From Nitrospinales bacterium (GTDB lineage: Bacteria > Nitrospinota > Nitrospinia > Nitrospinales > VA-1): a DNA stretch of 64,000 nucleotides. Where the stretch lies: assembly GCA_965249625.1 (NCBI GenBank), contig OZ252246.1, positions 1,854,365 through 1,918,364 on the forward strand. Direction: 5' to 3'. The notes below the pieces were generated by a model. It saw only the letters and a program-made list of their open reading frames with translations. It had not been told where the DNA came from and did no database searches. Shown here one piece after another: positions 57,201 through 64,000 of the stretch (position 1 is its first letter; every line of letters starts with the position of its first letter). The translations under genes were made by a program, and so were the position numbers.

Positions 57201-60200
57201 GGTCGAGGGGTTGCCTGCCCGGTCGGTTGCTGCGCCCGCGGCAAGGGTCAGGGTGTAGGACTCATCGGTCGGGGTGAGGGCGAGGGCGTAGGCATTGCCG
57301 CCACCACTCACGTTAGTCACCCTGACTCTATCGGAAGGGGAGAAACCACCCACTACCAAACCGGTTACCTCTTCAGAGAAGGTGATGTCGTGATCATGCG
57401 CCGTGCCAACCACACCTGGGTCAATGGCGCCGAGGGTCACGGTGGGCGCGGTTACATCCATTGCAATCGCACTGGTGGCCTGGTCCGGGTTAAGGGTATT
57501 GGTGTCATCACCGGCGGCTACCATTGCGCCAATGTCATACACCACCGCGCCGTCGGCAACATCATCCGCGACCACCATATAGGTCGCGGTGTAATCATTG
57601 TCACTGCCTTTTGCCACCGTGGCATCCTGCCCGGCGATGGTCACGCTTGGGGTGGCTGCCAATGCCTGATTGAGCGTGAAGGCCAAGGTCAGGGTGTCGC
57701 CGCCTCTGGCGTAACTACTATCGACCGAGTTATCGCTGGTGAGCGCGGGCACCCCGCTCAAGGCAAGGGTTACGCTCGTGGTCGGTTCGCCAACGGTGAC
57801 GGTGCGGGTCAGCGGGTCAGCGGCATTGCCGGCACGGTCGGTCACGGCGTAGGTGATGATGTAGGTGCCGGCGGTGTTGGTGTCCACTGCGTCCACCGCT
57901 ATGCCGTCACGGGTAAAGGTCGTCGGATGAACAGTGTCGCTAGTCGACCCTGGTTGACTGCCCTCTATGGTAAAGCCCCGGTCGTTGTAAGTTTCGCCGT
58001 GGGCAACGGAGATGGCAGCATTTCCCACCAGTATCAGATTCGGCGCGAAGTTATCAATGGTCCCTATGACCAGAGGATCGTCGGTATTAGGATCAAACGC
58101 AGCCTCGTTGCCAGCGGCATCTTGGGCGCCGGTAATCGTTAGTCTTATGGGGAGTGCGCCCGCTTTAGTCCTACCCACCGTAAAGGTCACCGTATATTCG
58201 TTGTCGGAGTTGGGGACGAGCACCAAATCCCCCTCAAACAGCCTACTACTGCGGGAGTGGAAGATTTCGGCGGCGTCCTCAAGAGATGCCTCCACCAGTG
58301 GTTCGGTTGACCGCAGGGTTACCGTGACCTCATCGCCATTATTCAGCAAGATATCACCCCTATATCTTACCCCGTCGGGGGCGACAACACTGAGCAGGGT
58401 AAGCACTGGCGCGGTGGTGTCCGCGGTCGCCGTGCCGGTTGCGCTCGCCGGGCTGGCGGGACCATCATTCGGGCTGGCGGCGGTGTCCATCACGCTATTG
58501 GCGGCAAGGGTCAGGGTGAAGGCTGTCGCTCGCGGGGTGATGCTGATGGTGTAGGTGGTGCTGGGGCCGCTGGCCGGGGTCACACTATTCACCACGAGGT
58601 CGCCGGACGCCACAATGTTGGTGGAAACGGAGAAATCACTCACTGCCAAACCGGTTACTTCCTCGGAGAAGGTGATGTCGTGCGTCTGTTCGGTGCCAAT
58701 CACACCGGCGTCGGTGATGTTGACAAAGGTTGCCACGGTCGGCGGCGTGGTGTCCGGTGCCGGCGTAACCACTGCGGTCGATGCGCTGGCGGCTTCGTCG
58801 GTGTTGCCGCCAAAACCATCGGTATAAGAGACCACCACGCGCAGGGTGTTGCCTTCATCAGCAACCGCCACCTCGTAGGTATTGCCGGTTGCGCTATCTA
58901 TGTCGGTATTGTTGTCACCCACCGCATCCCCGCGTTGCCATTGATGGCCGGTGATGGCAATCGTGCCCGCGCTATCCTCGTCGGTTACCACGGTGCCGGC
59001 AGTCAGGGGCTCGCCGACCTGCGCGGTGCCGCGGATGGCGCTGACGCTGCCGGCATCTTCCGCATTGGCAACCGTCACCGTTACCGCAATCTCGTCGCTG
59101 GTCTCGCCCTCGCTGTCGGTGGCGGTGACGGTGATTTCATAATTGTTGCCGGTGTCGTCATCGGTCGGCGCCTCAAAGTTCGGCGGGGTCTTGAAGGTCA
59201 AGACGCCGGCGTTAGTGATGGAAAAGGCAGTCGCATCGGTTCCGCCGAGGGCGAAACTGGCAATGGTTCTGGTGCCAGTTAAGGTCGTGGTGAAAGGGTG
59301 CACTTCTCCCTCGCCATTCTCGGCAAATTCTATCGGTGGTGTTGGCGCCACAACAGTCGGTTTGGTCGGCGGTTCGGCGCGGGTGACGTTGATGGTGTAG
59401 GTTTCTGTAACGCTGGTGTCCTCGGCGGCGACCTTGATGAGGATGGTGTTATCGCCAGGAACCAGGGCAATCGCGTCACTGAGTGCGCCGCTGACAACCG
59501 CTGTGTCGTCCACAGTCACGGTGGCGGCGGGGTCATCCGGGTTGGTCGGGAAGTCAGTCACGGTCGGCCTAATCCTGATGCTGATCACCTCAGTCGCCAC
59601 GCTGGCGGTGTAAGTCGTGGTTTCGGGCGCGAAGGTCGCCGGCACCAGAGCAACCGCGGCACCATTGTTATCGGCAAGAGTCAAAGCCGACAGAGTCGCA
59701 TCCGCTGCCTGGGTAGTTATAGTCAGATCATTAGATGTGGCAATACGGTCAAAAAATGAGTTAACTGCTTCGATACGATAAGTGTAGGTTGTTCCAGGTT
59801 CCACTCTCAGCACATCAGTGTGTGTTCTGGCTCGTTCGTTGCTTACAGTTTCGTGTACTCCACTCCCTCCTCTATACACTTGATAGCGGTCGGTGCCCCC
59901 TGGTTCACGATTCCAGTTAATCACAACGCTGGTAGAAGTGATTGCGCCTGCGGTGAGTGTAAATGGGGGGCGTGCCGCCTCGGAAATCACGGCGACGGTG
60001 CGCGCGCTGGTGGCTTCTTTACCGCTGCCTTCCTCGTCGGTGTAGGTGACATGGACTTGAATGTTCCTGCCTTCATCGGCTTCCACCGGCGTGTAGGTGT
60101 CTTGGTCAGTGCCGATGTCGGTGGTGCCGCTGCTGCCCACCCTCTGCCATTGGTGCTTCTGAACAGAAACGAAGCCATCCGGGTCATCGGTTACTTTGCC

Positions 60201-63200
60201 GGCGGTCAATACCTTCCCTACCTGAGCAACGCCGCTGATGGTTACCGTGCCGATGCCCTCTTCCACATTGGTAACCGTTACCGTTACCGCCAGCGGGTCG
60301 CTGGTCTGGCTCGCGCTGTCGGTGGCGGTGATGGTGATGTCATACCCATTGTCGCCGCCGGCATCGGTCGGCATCTCATAGTTCGGCGGGGTCTTGAAGG
60401 TCAAGACGCCGCCACTGGTAAGATCGAAGAGATTCTCATCCACTCCGGTTCCGCCGAGGGCGAAGCCGGTAATGGTGTTGCCGTCAAGCGCGGTCGCAGT
60501 GAAGGCGTGCACTTCTGCCGTATCATTTTCGGCAAATTCTATCGGCGGTGTTGGTGCCACAACAGTCGGTTTGGTCGGTGGTGTCGGCGTGGCGGTGGCT
60601 TCGCTTGACGCTTCGCCCGCGCCCACCGAGTTCACCGCGCGCACTTGGAAGAAGTATGCGGTGTCGTTGGTCAAGCCGGTCACGGTGTATTCGGTCAGGG
60701 TGGCGCTATCTGAAATTGCTGTCCACGGATTGGTATCGTCATAAGTTCCAGATGTTGTGCTTTGGCGAACCTCATAGCCGGTGATGTCCGCGCCGCCGGT
60801 TGCGCTCGGTGCCGTCCAGGTCAGCGTGACCGTGGTATCGCCCGCATCCGCCGTCAAACCGGTCGGCGCGGCGGGTGCTGTTGTTGTATCAGCGGCGGTC
60901 GTTCCCGTGTTGGTCACATAAGCGCCTGCCACTTCGGCGGTGGCGCCGCTGCCGGCTTTGGCGCGCACGCGCACAGTGTAGCCGGTGTCTGCCGTCAAGC
61001 CGGTGATGGCGGCGGTCTCGTCAGTCACCACGACATTCGCAGCCGTGTAGGTGTTGTCGTCCGCGCCGGTCACTTTATATTCCACATCAAAGCCGGTGGT
61101 CGGGTCTTTGTCGGTGTCGGATTCTTGCGTCCAGGACACCGCGAAGGCGCTATCGGCGGGCGAGCCCGCGTCGACGATGACGCTGGCAATGGCGCGCGGT
61201 TGCGCCACATTGGGGATGGTGATTTCCACCATGTCGATAACGGGCGAGTTGCCGTCGCCGGACAGGGTCACGCTCAACTCAAAAGTCAAGGTGGTGTCGA
61301 CGGTTACATAAGGCGTGGTGAAACTCGCATCCTCCGTGTCCAAACCGGTGATGGTCAGCGGGGTGGACGGCAGTGAGCCATTGGTCCCGGTGTGCGTCCA
61401 TAAAATGACCGGGTCGGTGCCAGGATTGGTGATGGTGCCATCCAGATTCACAGTCGTGTTTTCCAGCACGCCAGGTTGATCCGCGCCGGCATTCACGGTG
61501 ACTTTGGCGCGGGTGATGTGGAGGGTATAGGTTGCTTCGGTTGTTGTGTCCTCGGCGGTAATTTTGATGCGAACAGTATATGTTTCGAGTGATGCGCTGA
61601 ATGTAATTGCCTTGGAATTGGCACCTGAACCGTCAACATCCACTTCCGCATTGGCGTCAGCAGCAATCGCGGTGACCGTGAACGCGGTCGTATCACTTGG
61701 CACAGTCGCGGTATAACCGAGTGTCGCGGGCGCGACGGATTCATTCAACGCCACAGTGTCGCCGTTACTATCCGTTAGGGTCAAAGCAGCCAGAGCCGTA
61801 TTAGCGGAGGCCGTGGCCACGGCGTCGGTGGTCGGCGCGCTGGTGACAGATTGGCTACCATGCGCGTCAGTGTAAGTGGCAACGACTCGAATGGTCCTGC
61901 CGACATCATCGGCATCCGGCGTGTAGGTTGAAGTGGTGCCCGCGCCGCTGATGGGGGTGTAGGTGTTACTGTCGGACGGCGAACTTTGCCATTCGTAGGT
62001 GATGCCGGCAACCGCAACCGTGCCAGCCTGGTTGCTCTGGGTGACGGCATCCGGGTCGGTCACCGCGCCGGCGGCCAATACCTGCCCGACCTGAACGGTG
62101 CCGGCGATGGGCCCGATGCTGCCCGTCTCTGCCACATCGGTAACCGTGATGCGGATATCATCGCGGGTTGACGACGCCCCTGCGCTGTCGGTGATGGTCA
62201 GCGAGACCTCATAGACGCCGTCTGCGTTGGTGTCGGCGTCGGCGTCGGTTGGGGCTTCATAGTTCGGCGAAGCCTTGAAACTCAAGATGAGAGCGTCGCC
62301 AGCGCCGGTCAAATCAAACCATGCCGCATCCGCACCGCCAAGCACTTTATCGTTATCGTCGAGGGTTCTTACGGCGGCAAGGTTGGCGGTGTAGGTTGCC
62401 ACCTCAAGACCCGACTCATTCTCGGCAAAATCTACCGCCGCGGCGCCATCAATGCTGGAAAGCGGCGCGATAAGGCGGATGTCCACAGTCTCGCTATCGC
62501 TCTTACTATCGCTGTCGCCGATTTTATCTCGCGCCGTGAATCGGAAGGTAAGCGTGGTGTCGGCCGCGACATCCGGCGCGGTGAAGGGTACGGTTCTGGG
62601 TTTGTCGGGGTCGACATCCAAGGTGACCCTCGGGCAATCCGCAGCGCCAAGCGTTGTGCCGGGTACCAGTGTGCCGATTACACCGATTGTGACGGATCCG
62701 GGCACGTCGCGCGCGCCGCAATTTAGTTGCTGCCAGGTAAAGAAGAGGGCTGTGTCGGAACCGTCCGGGTCGACACCTTCACCGATCAAGGTAAAGGCCT
62801 CGTTATACCGCGCCTCACTTAGGTCGGTGGTGGTAATGGTCACCACTGGTGCCCGGTTTGTGCCGGCTTCATCCTCATCGGTAACCCGCACCGTGACCGC
62901 AATCTCGTCGCTTGCCTCGCCCTCGCTGTCGGTGGCGGTGATGGTGATTGCATAAACGTTATTGGTGCCCTCATCGGTCGGCGCCTCAAAGTTCGGCGTG
63001 GCGCTGAAGGTCAAGACGCCGGCGTCAGTGATGGCGAAGTCATCCACATCGTCCCCGCCGAGGGTGTAACTGACAATGGTTCTGGTGCCAGTTGGGGTCG
63101 CAGTGAAAGTCGCCACAGTGCCCGTATCATTTTCGGCAAATGCTATCGGCGATGCTGGCGTAACCGTAACAACCGGTTTGGTCACCGGCGCGGCCTGCAC

Positions 63201-64000
63201 GGCGGCGGTCGGGTTGCTGGTGACTTCTTTACCGCTACCCTCACCATCGGTGTAAGTGGCAACGACTCGAATAAGCCTGCCTTCATCGGCGGGTGCCGGA
63301 GTGTAGGTTGAATTGGTGGCACTGGCAATGGCAGCGTAGGCGGCGCTGTCAATGGCGTGGTCGGTGGTGTCGCCCGGCGCGCTTTGCCATTGATAGGTGA
63401 TGGTGCCAACTTCCACACCATCCGGCGAATCCGCGTCGGTTACCGTGCCGGCGGTCAATTCCACGCCGACCTGCGCGCTGCCACCGATGTCGCCGATGGC
63501 GCCCGCCTCATCCACATTGGTAACCCTCACCGTAACCGTCAGTGGTTCGCTTGCCAGGTTGATTGGGACACCATCGGTTTCGGTAGCGGTGATGGTGATG
63601 TCATACACATTGTCGCCGTCGACATTCGCTAGTGCTTCAAAGTCCGGCGGGTTTATGAATCTCAATTCGCCGTCGTCGTCAATCGAGAAGAAATCCATAT
63701 CCGTGCCACCGACTGACCAGGCGATGCTGTTGGTGTCGTCCGTGGTGTAGGTCGCCACTGGCGTGGTGACGGGGGTGTTCTCGGCATAACTCGGTGCTGC
63801 CGCGCCACTGACTACCGGCGTGATGGGGCGCCTCAGGGTGATGGTTTGCGTCTCCGCCGCGCCGTCGACGTAACAGTTCACACTCGCTCCCGTTCCCGCG
63901 CCTCCTCCCGAGACCCCTCTGGATTCCGACCTGGCTTGGATAAAGACCCTCTGCACCGACACCTTAAAGGAGTCTTCGGTGTCGTCAGGGGTCACACTGG
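48237..64000 (-). CDS. giant modular surface protein with C-terminal autotransporter-like beta-barrel (N-terminus beyond window)
   Basis: A single open frame runs from the window edge to the TAA at 48237..48239. The track lists 5,252 codons from an internal GTG, and the frame is still open at 64000.

Recurring module types:
- cadherin-like: FAENDTAEVH.FTAT...YALGG.DADDFSIT.AGVLTF.TPPDFE.PTD...N.YEITVTATD....SDA.AVTVRVTNV.E
- FN3: TGLTADAGDTTVTLTWTAPSATGGADITGYEVRQ...YTVTGLTNDTAYFFQVRAVNSVGAGE
- PKD-like: VNAGADQPGVLENTTVNLDGT
- Ig-like/DUF5011-like: DTTPPVIAV...YTELGATVTD

The C-terminus is described in the next feature. Confidence 0.9.
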   Translation of the reverse strand, partial: SVTPDDTEDSFKVSVQRVFIQARSESRGVSGGGAGTGASVNCYVDGAAETQTITLRRPITPVVSGAAAPSYAENTPVTTPVATYTTDDTNSIAWSVGGTDMDFFSIDDDGELRFINPPDFEALANVDGDNVYDITITATETDGVPINLASEPLTVTVRVTNVDEAGAIGDIGGSAQVGVELTAGTVTDADSPDGVEVGTITYQWQSAPGDTTDHAIDSAAYAAIASATNSTYTPAPADEGRLIRVVATYTDGEGSGKEVTSNPTAAVQAAPVTKPVVTVTPASPIAFAENDTGTVATFTATPTGTRTIVSYTLGGDDVDDFAITDAGVLTFSATPNFEAPTDEGTNNVYAITITATDSEGEASDEIAVTVRVTDEDEAGTNRAPVVTITTTDLSEARYNEAFTLIGEGVDPDGSDTALFFTWQQLNCGARDVPGSVTIGVIGTLVPGTTLGAADCPRVTLDVDPDKPRTVPFTAPDVAADTTLTFRFTARDKIGDSDSKSDSETVDIRLIAPLSSIDGAAAVDFAENESGLEVATYTANLAAVRTLDDNDKVLGGADAAWFDLTGAGDALILSFKASPNYEAPTDADADTNADGVYEVSLTITDSAGASSTRDDIRITVTDVAETGSIGPIAGTVQVGQVLAAGAVTDPDAVTQSNQAGTVAVAGITYEWQSSPSDSNTYTPISGAGTTSTYTPDADDVGRTIRVVATYTDAHGSQSVTSAPTTDAVATASANTALAALTLTDSNGDTVALNESVAPATLGYTATVPSDTTAFTVTAIAADANAEVDVDGSGANSKAITFSASLETYTVRIKITAEDTTTEATYTLHITRAKVTVNAGADQPGVLENTTVNLDGTITNPGTDPVILWTHTGTNGSLPSTPLTITGLDTEDASFTTPYVTVDTTLTFELSVTLSGDGNSPVIDMVEITIPNVAQPRAIASVIVDAGSPADSAFAVSWTQESDTDKDPTTGFDVEYKVTGADDNTYTAANVVVTDETAAITGLTADTGYTVRVRAKAGSGATAEVAGAYVTNTGTTAADTTTAPAAPTGLTADAGDTTVTLTWTAPSATGGADITGYEVRQSTTSGTYDDTNPWTAISDSATLTEYTVTGLTNDTAYFFQVRAVNSVGAGEASSEATATPTPPTKPTVVAPTPPIEFAENDTAEVHAFTATALDGNTITGFALGGTGVDENLFDLTSGGVLTFKTPPNYEMPTDAGGDNGYDITITATDSASQTSDPLAVTVTVTNVEEGIGTVTISGVAQVGKVLTAGKVTDDPDGFVSVQKHQWQRVGSSGTTDIGTDQDTYTPVEADEGRNIQVHVTYTDEEGSGKEATSARTVAVISEAARPPFTLTAGAITSTSVVINWNREPGGTDRYQVYRGGSGVHETVSNERARTHTDVLRVEPGTTYTYRIEAVNSFFDRIATSNDLTITTQAADATLSALTLADNNGAAVALVPATFAPETTTYTASVATEVISIRIRPTVTDFPTNPDDPAATVTVDDTAVVSGALSDAIALVPGDNTILIKVAAEDTSVTETYTINVTRAEPPTKPTVVAPTPPIEFAENGEGEVHPFTTTLTGTRTIASFALGGTDATAFSITNAGVLTFKTPPNFEAPTDDDTGNNYEITVTATDSEGETSDEIAVTVTVANAEDAGSVSAIRGTAQVGEPLTAGTVVTDEDSAGTIAITGHQWQRGDAVGDNNTDIDSATGNTYEVAVADEGNTLRVVVSYTDGFGGNTDEAASASTAVVTPAPDTTPPTVATFVNITDAGVIGTEQTHDITFSEEVTGLAVSDFSVSTNIVASGDLVVNSVTPASGPSTTYTISITPRATAFTLTLAANSVMDTAASPNDGPASPASATGTATADTTAPVLTLLSVVAPDGVRYRGDILLNNGDEVTVTLRSTEPLVEASLEDAAEIFHSRSSRLFEGDLVLVPNSDNEYTVTFTVGRTKAGALPIRLTITGAQDAAGNEAAFDPNTDDPLVIGTIDNFAPNLILVGNAAISVAHGETYNDRGFTIEGSQPGSTSDTVHPTTFTRDGIAVDAVDTNTAGTYIITYAVTDRAGNAADPLTRTVTVGEPTTSVTLALSGVPALTSDNSVDSSYARGGDTLTLAFTLNQALAATPSVTIAGQDATVAKGSDNDYTATYMVVADDVADGAVVYDIGAMVAAGDDTNTLNPDQATSAIAMDVTAPTVTLGAIDPGVVGTAHDHDITFSEEVTGLVVGGFSPSDRVRVTNVSGGGNAYALALTPTDESYTLTLAAGAATDRAGNPSTAASVEGTANYAPSADAGADANAVAGAEVTLDGSATIDSNDNMLTYAWVHTMTDDSAPAPTAVIAVTNADTATPTATFIAPATAGAYTFELTVTDDGTPPASGTDTVVITVTAPTVTNTAPVITRTNGDDAITVDENVAAVHTYAATDAESDTITWSVGGADAGLFAIDADGALTFRASPNFEVPTDVADPDDSTVVAGDNVYEITITATDNGAPVEASDAVAVTVTVTNVDEDGTATIAGDVQVGQVLTASATDPDFVTQDNMDGDVTGTNYRWESEPTGLGSTATDIASGPSDTYMLKPADSGKTIRVEVTYAEEGRTQNARSDKTTPVRAAGVTPTAPATPTLVFGEVTDTSIEITWGAVDGANSYTLTRIVDGDDNVVVATGNVLTATDTGLTAETPYKYVITATNSVGTSTPSAEFTATTTATPVAAVALAFNAGGEPTLVSDNPGDYAINGDTLTLAFTVNQALADDPSVTIAGQTVTATKGSDNDYTATYVVVAAQVQARDGELARYAIAEMTAADAAAGTLAQPATDSAIRIDVSAPVIRLNGASSFTVAHGDAYSDRGVIGVGSGETLVSTIAGPGAMTVNAVDTNTAGDYTITYIATDLAGNVSNTLTRTVTVSEPTPTKPTVVAPTEPIEFAENGGGEVHTFTATATSGRTIASYALGGTGAGDFSITNVGVLTFKTPPNFESATDGDGDNDYEITITATDSEPETSDAVTVTVRVTNVDEPGSISDISGSARVGEELTAGSVTDPDDAVRGDGYTWQSAGGDGAYTPISGAGTTSTYTPDADDVGRTIRVVATYTDGEGSNKTATSAATDTVTVTPPTVSAAPTGLTATPGDATVTLAWTAPSATGGADITGYEYRQSDATGDYDTTGSAAVVDWMAIPNSATATQYTVTGLTNDTAYFFQVRAVNSVGAGEASGEATATPTATVDTALTVNAGADQPGVLENTTVNLDGTITNPGTDPTILWTHTGTNGSLPSTPLAITGSDMEDASFTAPYVTADTTLTFELSVTLSGGGNSPVTDMVDIIIPNVAQPRAIASVTVNAGSPAQSAFAVSWTQGSDTDKDPTTGFDVEYKVTGADDSTYTAANVAVTAETAAITGLTADTGYTVRVRAKAGSGATAEVAGAYVTNTGTTAADTTTAPAAPTGLTADAGDTTVTLTWTAPSATGGAAITGYEVRQSTTAGTYDDTNPWTAIPNSATATEYTVTGLTNDTAYFFQVRAVNSAGGGEASNEATATPTAAPATPALVLGEVTPTTITLSWGAVDNADSYTLTRIVDGINDIEVATGNVLTATDAGLTPETPYKYVVTATNSVGTSADSNEVEARTNAAPTSPAVYTLNDEPHATDGDKVVITFTSSHTGDFEIQFDPGSTTGFSINDAAVPYIHTETVGYDYTGEVSIFLGLDAVIDSAPITTGPAPTEPPAAPILSAGTTTASSVVLEWTAVDNADSYTLTRMVAGGANVTVTTTALTATDENLEPATEYKYVITATVGSRISANSNEVTATTLPAPTAPAAPTLILGAVTSTSVTITWTAVDGTLAYCLVRSDKTGCIARVFHTTLGGDLPAYTDTDVTPGTTYTYHVIALNDASEQSNPSAVLVVTTPPVLVAGTITDTSITLSWGAVDNADSYTLTRIVAGGADVTVPTTTALTATNTGLTAATEYRYVITATVGSRTTANSNEVAATTLTTPIEAPAAPVLVQGAVTPTSIVIQWTAVNGATGYELFRDGASITTTTTETSYTDTGLTAGTAYTYHATSTNAAGTSDNSADLPVTTTTTADDVTLPVIAVVEDSFSVELGAEYTPFTYSATDDADGDIASGVVVGGDTVNTSVANTYTVTFNVDDASGNSAETVTRTVTVTDTTPPVIAVAGSSETIELTATNTYTELGATVTDNDPAYSGAVAITGDTPDTSAVGVYTVLYNAPDDAAGNTPAQQSIVITVEDTTAPAVPAITTAPATVGSSPITIEGTAEAAATVALFNGTTSAGTTTADGSGDFSFAAVALSEGANTFTATATDAAGNESGASSELVITLDTTAPVITVVPSTVTLQIGSAPPNLLDGVTTDDGSAVTTTGTVEVGTLDDYIITYDSVDASGNAATSVTRTYTVTDVPDTTAPTVTLGTITAGVIGTPQDHGITFNEAVTGLVVDAFSTSTFVTVNSVSGSGAAYTINFTPTAATFSLILAANSVMDAATTPNPGPESAASVNGMATAAAANTAPVVSGNAAPNYAENADTPVETYTATDAEGNAIIWSITGGTDAALFSIAPNSAAPNKGELTFNNPPDFEDDAHTETYEVTITATETNGVPSNLASAPLAVTVTVTNVDETGAISDITGTARVSVELTAGTVTDADSPDGVEVGTITYQWRSAGGDGTYTDISGAGTGATYTPVATDEDRTIRVIATYTDGEGSGKAVTSNPTAAVQAATPTKPVVTPPPTTPIVFAENDTAEVHSFSATTTDSRTITSYALGGADADDFSITNAGVLTFSTPPDFEMPTDANTDNDYEITVTATDDASGTSDAVAVTVRVTNVTDEGFTDLNAVILPEMARAIADQTVSAITQRISQAGNGGNARSVTIAGQSTLAGAASAHGQAIADGTLSLKDVLGNSDFVLPLSDAGGPDSGILSSLTLWGGGGYRSLEGSGGTIDWDGSLFSAHLGLDGRPRDDLLTGLTVSWSHGDLDYQDGDDSSGDYELDLTSVHPYVSWEALAGQLDLWATAGYGWGDLEITDEQDPASSDVEAWNVAVGSNAQLSRAGPVLFQLKSSALLTEMEVEGSDDIAGLEVESSLLRMILEGAYKHTLADGAYVEPSLEAGVRYDGGDGETGFGAELGAGFRYTDPTAGLTLEGRARTLVGRDNYEEWGVSGLILLEQSSNGRGLSFSLSPGYGDTGSGTQKVWQQGLGDEVSGDQGYGARLDARLGYGLTAPDGRGLLTPYSEMTLGDSSRSYRLGMRWELDALFDLNLTGERRESNSNVTDHAIMLKGDIRF
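48240..49316 (-). other. autotransporter-like beta-barrel translocator region of the giant protein (last ~359 aa)
   Basis: The region runs from LTLWGGGGYRSLEG to ...HAIMLKGDIRF. It shows an alternating-hydrophobic beta-strand pattern (e.g. RLGMRWELDALFDLNLTGE, GLSFSLSPGY, LGAGFRYTD), Gly/aromatic-rich turns and a terminal Phe. A linker-like segment precedes it (NAVILPEMARAIADQTVSAITQRISQ). Confidence 0.7.
50861..53445 (-). other. lower-GC block inside the giant gene (Ig-like and FN3 modules in a different codon dialect)
   Basis: By hand I counted 30 G+C in the 60 nt of line 52201, against 42 in line 54601. Inside the block, Thr/Ala/Val codons mostly end in A or T (aca, gca, gtt). In flanking FN3 modules they mostly end in G or C (acc, gcg, gtg). 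Confidence 0.7.
53465..54377 (-). repeat. intragenic ~0.9-kb duplication, copy B (PKD-like + FN3 + FN3)
   Basis: It encodes VNAGADQPGVLENTTVNLDGTITNPGTDPTILWTHTGTNGSLPSTPLAITG...YFFQVRAVNSAGGGEASNEATATPT. The antisense track ORFs 53526..54257 and 60762..61376 are near-identical, which shows the nucleotide-level similarity. Confidence 0.85.
60590..61497 (-). repeat. intragenic ~0.9-kb duplication, copy A
   Basis: It encodes VNAGADQPGVLENTTVNLDGTITNPGTDPVILWTHTGTNGSLPSTPLTITG...YFFQVRAVNSVGAGEASSEATATPT. It is offset from copy B by about 7.12 kb. Confidence 0.85.

Noticed and set aside
49098-63750. Many long plus-strand ORFs inside the giant gene, e.g. 49098..50438 (446 aa), 56778..58142 (454 aa), 53526..54257, 59820..60608 and 60762..61376
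   Set aside because: They are antisense to a coherent domain-structured minus-strand frame. They are rich in Gly, Arg and Ala, as expected for stop-poor frames in GC-rich DNA. Their similarity to one another only mirrors the sense-strand duplications.
1-64000. tRNA, rRNA, tmRNA or other classical RNA genes
   Set aside because: I scanned for T-arm-like GGTTCGAATCC-type strings and rRNA-like conserved blocks and found none. The nearest string (cgaatcc at about 3674..3680) lies in a repeat hairpin without an acceptor or anticodon arm. Absence cannot be proven without tRNAscan/Infernal.

Overview
64-kb chromosomal window from a diderm (Gram-negative-type) bacterium. I cannot assign the taxon from sequence alone. 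It holds roughly 45 protein-coding genes. Most are housekeeping genes at moderate GC: an aldo/keto reductase, three ABC exporter genes, panBCD, mutL, rnd, tsaB, manC, a class A PBP, and cysK/thrC-like/cysM-like.

These are interrupted by decayed mobile DNA:
- an IS110-family element sitting inside a REP-like hairpin
- an IS5/IS1182-like element with 16-bp terminal inverted repeats and an in-frame TGA
- an IS1595 transposase fragment

There are also several gene remnants: a histidine-kinase tail, an internally deleted inositol-1-phosphate synthase, an HDOD gene, an STN-like gene, and a frameshifted ferredoxin and RelE.

Other notable content:
- an AT-rich islet with a RelE-type toxin-antitoxin (TA) pair and a DUF2130 nuclease-like protein
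- a CDP-inositol-type gene cluster
- a sulfur-carrier cluster (MoaD/ThiS-like protein plus E1-like adenylyltransferase)
- two mosaic repeat arrays (about 28.0-28.5 kb and 47.0-48.2 kb) built from a shared set of inverted short modules

The last 15.8 kb is the 3' part of a giant gene, most of it GC-rich. More than 5,252 codons lie in the window and the N-terminus is beyond the edge. The gene ends in an autotransporter-like beta-barrel and is otherwise made of cadherin-like, FN3, PKD-like and Ig-like modules.

I recognised no rRNA, tRNA or CRISPR array. All functional calls come from motif recognition by eye on the supplied translations or on my own translations; no database search was possible.
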